Shown piece by piece: positions 22,276-24,000 of a stretch of DNA of 24,000 nt. The notes beneath the pieces were generated by a model. The model ran no database searches and was not told the DNA's origin. It worked only from the letters and a program-made list of their open reading frames with translations. This DNA is from Massilia aerilata (lineage in GTDB: Bacteria > Pseudomonadota > Gammaproteobacteria > Burkholderiales > Burkholderiaceae_D), in assembly GCF_042656905.1 (NCBI RefSeq), contig NZ_JBHSMZ010000004.1, forward strand, positions 570,221-594,220. The letters are read 5' to 3'. Position 1 is the stretch's first letter, and each line of letters begins with the position of its first letter. The position numbers and the translations under genes are program-made.

Positions 22276-23694
22276 ATGCCGCGCAGCATCCTCATCGCCG
22301 CCGCCCTCGCGCTCGTCGCGCCGGCCCACGCCGCCACCAAAGCCGCGCCGGTCGCCGCCATCGACACCGGCAAGCTGGCGGGTGCAGTCGAGGATGGGGT
22401 GGCAAGCTGGAAGGGCATTCCCTTCGCCGCGCCGCCGGTGGGCGCACTGCGCTGGCGCGCGCCGCAGCCGGCCGCTTCCTGGAGCGGCATCCGCCAGGCC
22501 ACCGAATACGGCCACGATTGCATGCAGCTGCCCTTCGCCAGCGATGCCGCGCCGCTCGGCACGCCGCCGGCGGAAGACTGCCTGTACGCCAACGTCTGGA
22601 AGCCGATCGGCGCGAAAGCGGGCGGCAAGCTGCCGGTCATCGTCTGGATCTACGGCGGCGGCTTCGTCAACGGTGGCAGCTCGCCGCCGACCTATACGGG
22701 CGCGCATCTGGCGAAACAGGGCGTGGTGGTGGTCAGCTTCAATTACCGTCTCGGGCGCTTCGGCTTCTTCGCCCATCCCGGCCTGCGCCGCGAAGGCGCC
22801 GACGGCCCGGCCGGCAACTACGGCTTCATGGACCAGGTCGCGGCCCTGCAGTGGGTCAAGCGCAACGTGGCGGCCTTCGGCGGCGATCCGTCCCAGGTCA
22901 CGATCTTCGGCGAGTCCGCGGGCGGCATGTCGGTCGTCACCCTGCTGGCCTCACCGATGGCGCAGGGCCTGTTCGCGAAGGCGGTGATCCTGTCCGGCGG
23001 CGATGGCGGCGCGGCGAAGGCGCCGATCGCTTACGCCGAGCAGGTCGGCGTCAACTTCGGGCTCGAGAAAGGCATCGCGGCGGACGATCCGCAGGCGCTG
23101 GCCAAATTGCGCGCGCTGTCCGCGGAAGATGTCGTCGATGGCATGAACCTGGCCAACCGCGCACCCGCCAATCCGTCCACCTACCTTGGTCCGTTCGTAG
23201 ACGGCAAGCTGGCGCTCGATCCGAACGCCGCCTTTGCCGAGGGCCGCTTCGCCAGGGTGCCGGTGATGATCGGCGCCACCGGCGCCGACATCGGCGGCAA
23301 GACCGGCTTCATGGTCGCCGGCGCGCGCAGCATGGCGGGCCTGCTTTCCGGGCAGGGCGTGCCGGTCTACGCCTACCGCTTCTCCTACGTGGCCGAATCG
23401 CTGAACGAGCAGGGCGCCCAGCACGCCAGCGACATCCCCTTCTTCATGGACACCGCCGCCATCAAGTACGCCGGCAAGACCACGGCGCGCGACCGGGCGA
23501 TGGGCAAGGCGATGAGCAGCTACCTCGTCAACTTCGCCATGCGCGGCGACCCGAACGGCAAGGGCCTGCCGGCCTGGTCGCGTTACGCGCGCGCCAGCGA
23601 CGCCATCATGGATTTCGCCGCCACCGGCGAGCCAGTTGCGGTGAAAGATCCTTGGGGAAGGGAGATTGACGCGGCACAGGCCGCACGCCATTGA
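22276..23694 (+). CDS. Secreted type-B carboxylesterase/lipase family protein
   Basis: Signal peptide MPRSILIAAALALVAPAHA. Motifs are EDCLYANVW, VWIYGGGFVNG, and the Ser nucleophile context FGGDPSQVTIFGESAGG. Confidence 0.85.
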   Translation: MPRSILIAAALALVAPAHAATKAAPVAAIDTGKLAGAVEDGVASWKGIPFAAPPVGALRWRAPQPAASWSGIRQATEYGHDCMQLPFASDAAPLGTPPAEDCLYANVWKPIGAKAGGKLPVIVWIYGGGFVNGGSSPPTYTGAHLAKQGVVVVSFNYRLGRFGFFAHPGLRREGADGPAGNYGFMDQVAALQWVKRNVAAFGGDPSQVTIFGESAGGMSVVTLLASPMAQGLFAKAVILSGGDGGAAKAPIAYAEQVGVNFGLEKGIAADDPQALAKLRALSAEDVVDGMNLANRAPANPSTYLGPFVDGKLALDPNAAFAEGRFARVPVMIGATGADIGGKTGFMVAGARSMAGLLSGQGVPVYAYRFSYVAESLNEQGAQHASDIPFFMDTAAIKYAGKTTARDRAMGKAMSSYLVNFAMRGDPNGKGLPAWSRYARASDAIMDFAATGEPVAVKDPWGREIDAAQAARH

Positions 23695-23708
23695 GGTCCT
23701 GCCTGCCT

Positions 23709-23750
23709 GCGCACGCGTGAGAAAGTACGCATTTTCTTGCGCCGCTTTTT
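23709..23750 (+). terminator. Imperfect hairpin (GCGCA...AGAAA-loop-TTTCT-TGCGC) followed by CGCTTTTT after the esterase gene
   Basis: Read directly. The stem is interrupted by a 6-nt bulge and a T5 run begins 3 nt after the stem. Confidence 0.3.
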
Positions 23751-23793
23751 GATATTGTTGCAAATGTTAAATATGACGTTGACGAGGACTTTC

Positions 23794-24000
23794 ATGAAGC
23801 AGATCGGTGCCTGGCTATTGATGATGTGTTTGCTTGCTGCGTGCAGCGATCCCGACCAGGGACCGCCGCTGGGTCCGTTCGCCGCCATCACGAAGACCGA
23901 AACGGACAAGCCCTTCAACATCGATGGCCCTACGTCCAAGAGCCCGGCGCCCTTCACCTACACCAGCAGCAATGCAGCGGTGGCGACCATCGTCGGCAGC
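23794..24000 (+). CDS. Lipoprotein, 5' partial (runs off the window); possible Ig-like (Big_2-type) domain beginning
   Basis: My own translation is MKQIGAWLLMMCLLAACSDPDQ..., with lipobox LLAAC and a GAGGA SD 5 nt upstream. ...FTYTSSNAAVATIVGS resembles the first strand pattern of bacterial Ig-like domains. This ORF is not in the supplied track because it is open-ended. Confidence 0.5.
   Translation, partial: MKQIGAWLLMMCLLAACSDPDQGPPLGPFAAITKTETDKPFNIDGPTSKSPAPFTYTSSNAAVATIVGS

Noticed and set aside
22951-23763. 270-aa minus-strand ORF and the 22518-23669 plus alternate frame over the carboxylesterase gene.
   Set aside because: The esterase frame has the GESAGG and EDCLY signatures, and the other frames are compositional artefacts.
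1-24000. I looked for CRISPR arrays, transposase or integrase genes, long inverted or direct repeats, phage genes, toxin-antitoxin or other defence-type gene pairs, rRNA and tRNA.
   Set aside because: None was found by eye. The only repeats are short palindromes and in-gene 9-bp coding repeats. The small adjacent gene pairs (6349-7479) show no toxin/antitoxin motifs that I recognise.

Overview
High-GC chromosomal segment. The gene order gntR-sdhCDAB-sdhE-gltA is typical of Burkholderiales, and the PEP-CTERM protein and overall composition suggest an Oxalobacteraceae-like organism (inference only). From 0.2 to 6.3 kb it holds conserved TCA-cycle genes. From 6.3 to 8.3 kb there are small hypothetical or DUF genes and a probable alpha/beta-hydrolase gene remnant. 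A membrane PAS-GGDEF-EAL c-di-GMP protein occupies 8.5-10.8 kb. The most unusual locus is a tightly packed minus-strand operon at 10.8-14.6 kb: photoactive yellow protein (pyp), a coumarate-ligase-like adenylating enzyme with a carrier-protein-like N-terminus, a HAL/TAL-fold protein that appears to lack the MIO Ala-Ser-Gly loop, and a CarH-type MerR/B12 photoreceptor-repressor with the W-x9-EH and ExHxxG motifs. A dyad-symmetric TTGT/ACAA operator-like array lies upstream of it. Next come gluQ, a CHRD/PEP-CTERM protein, an internally duplicated outer-membrane barrel and a DUF421 protein. A minus-strand block then encodes a BaeS/BaeR-like two-component system, a secreted Pro/Met-rich protein, an orphan BlaI/CopY-family repressor, a small CCGxGC protein and a GNAT. 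The window ends with a type-B carboxylesterase and a partial lipoprotein. I saw no rRNA, tRNA, CRISPR array, transposase or integrase. Many long antisense or alternate-frame ORFs in the track are high-GC artefacts. All homology statements come from manual reading and remembered reference sequences, not database searches.
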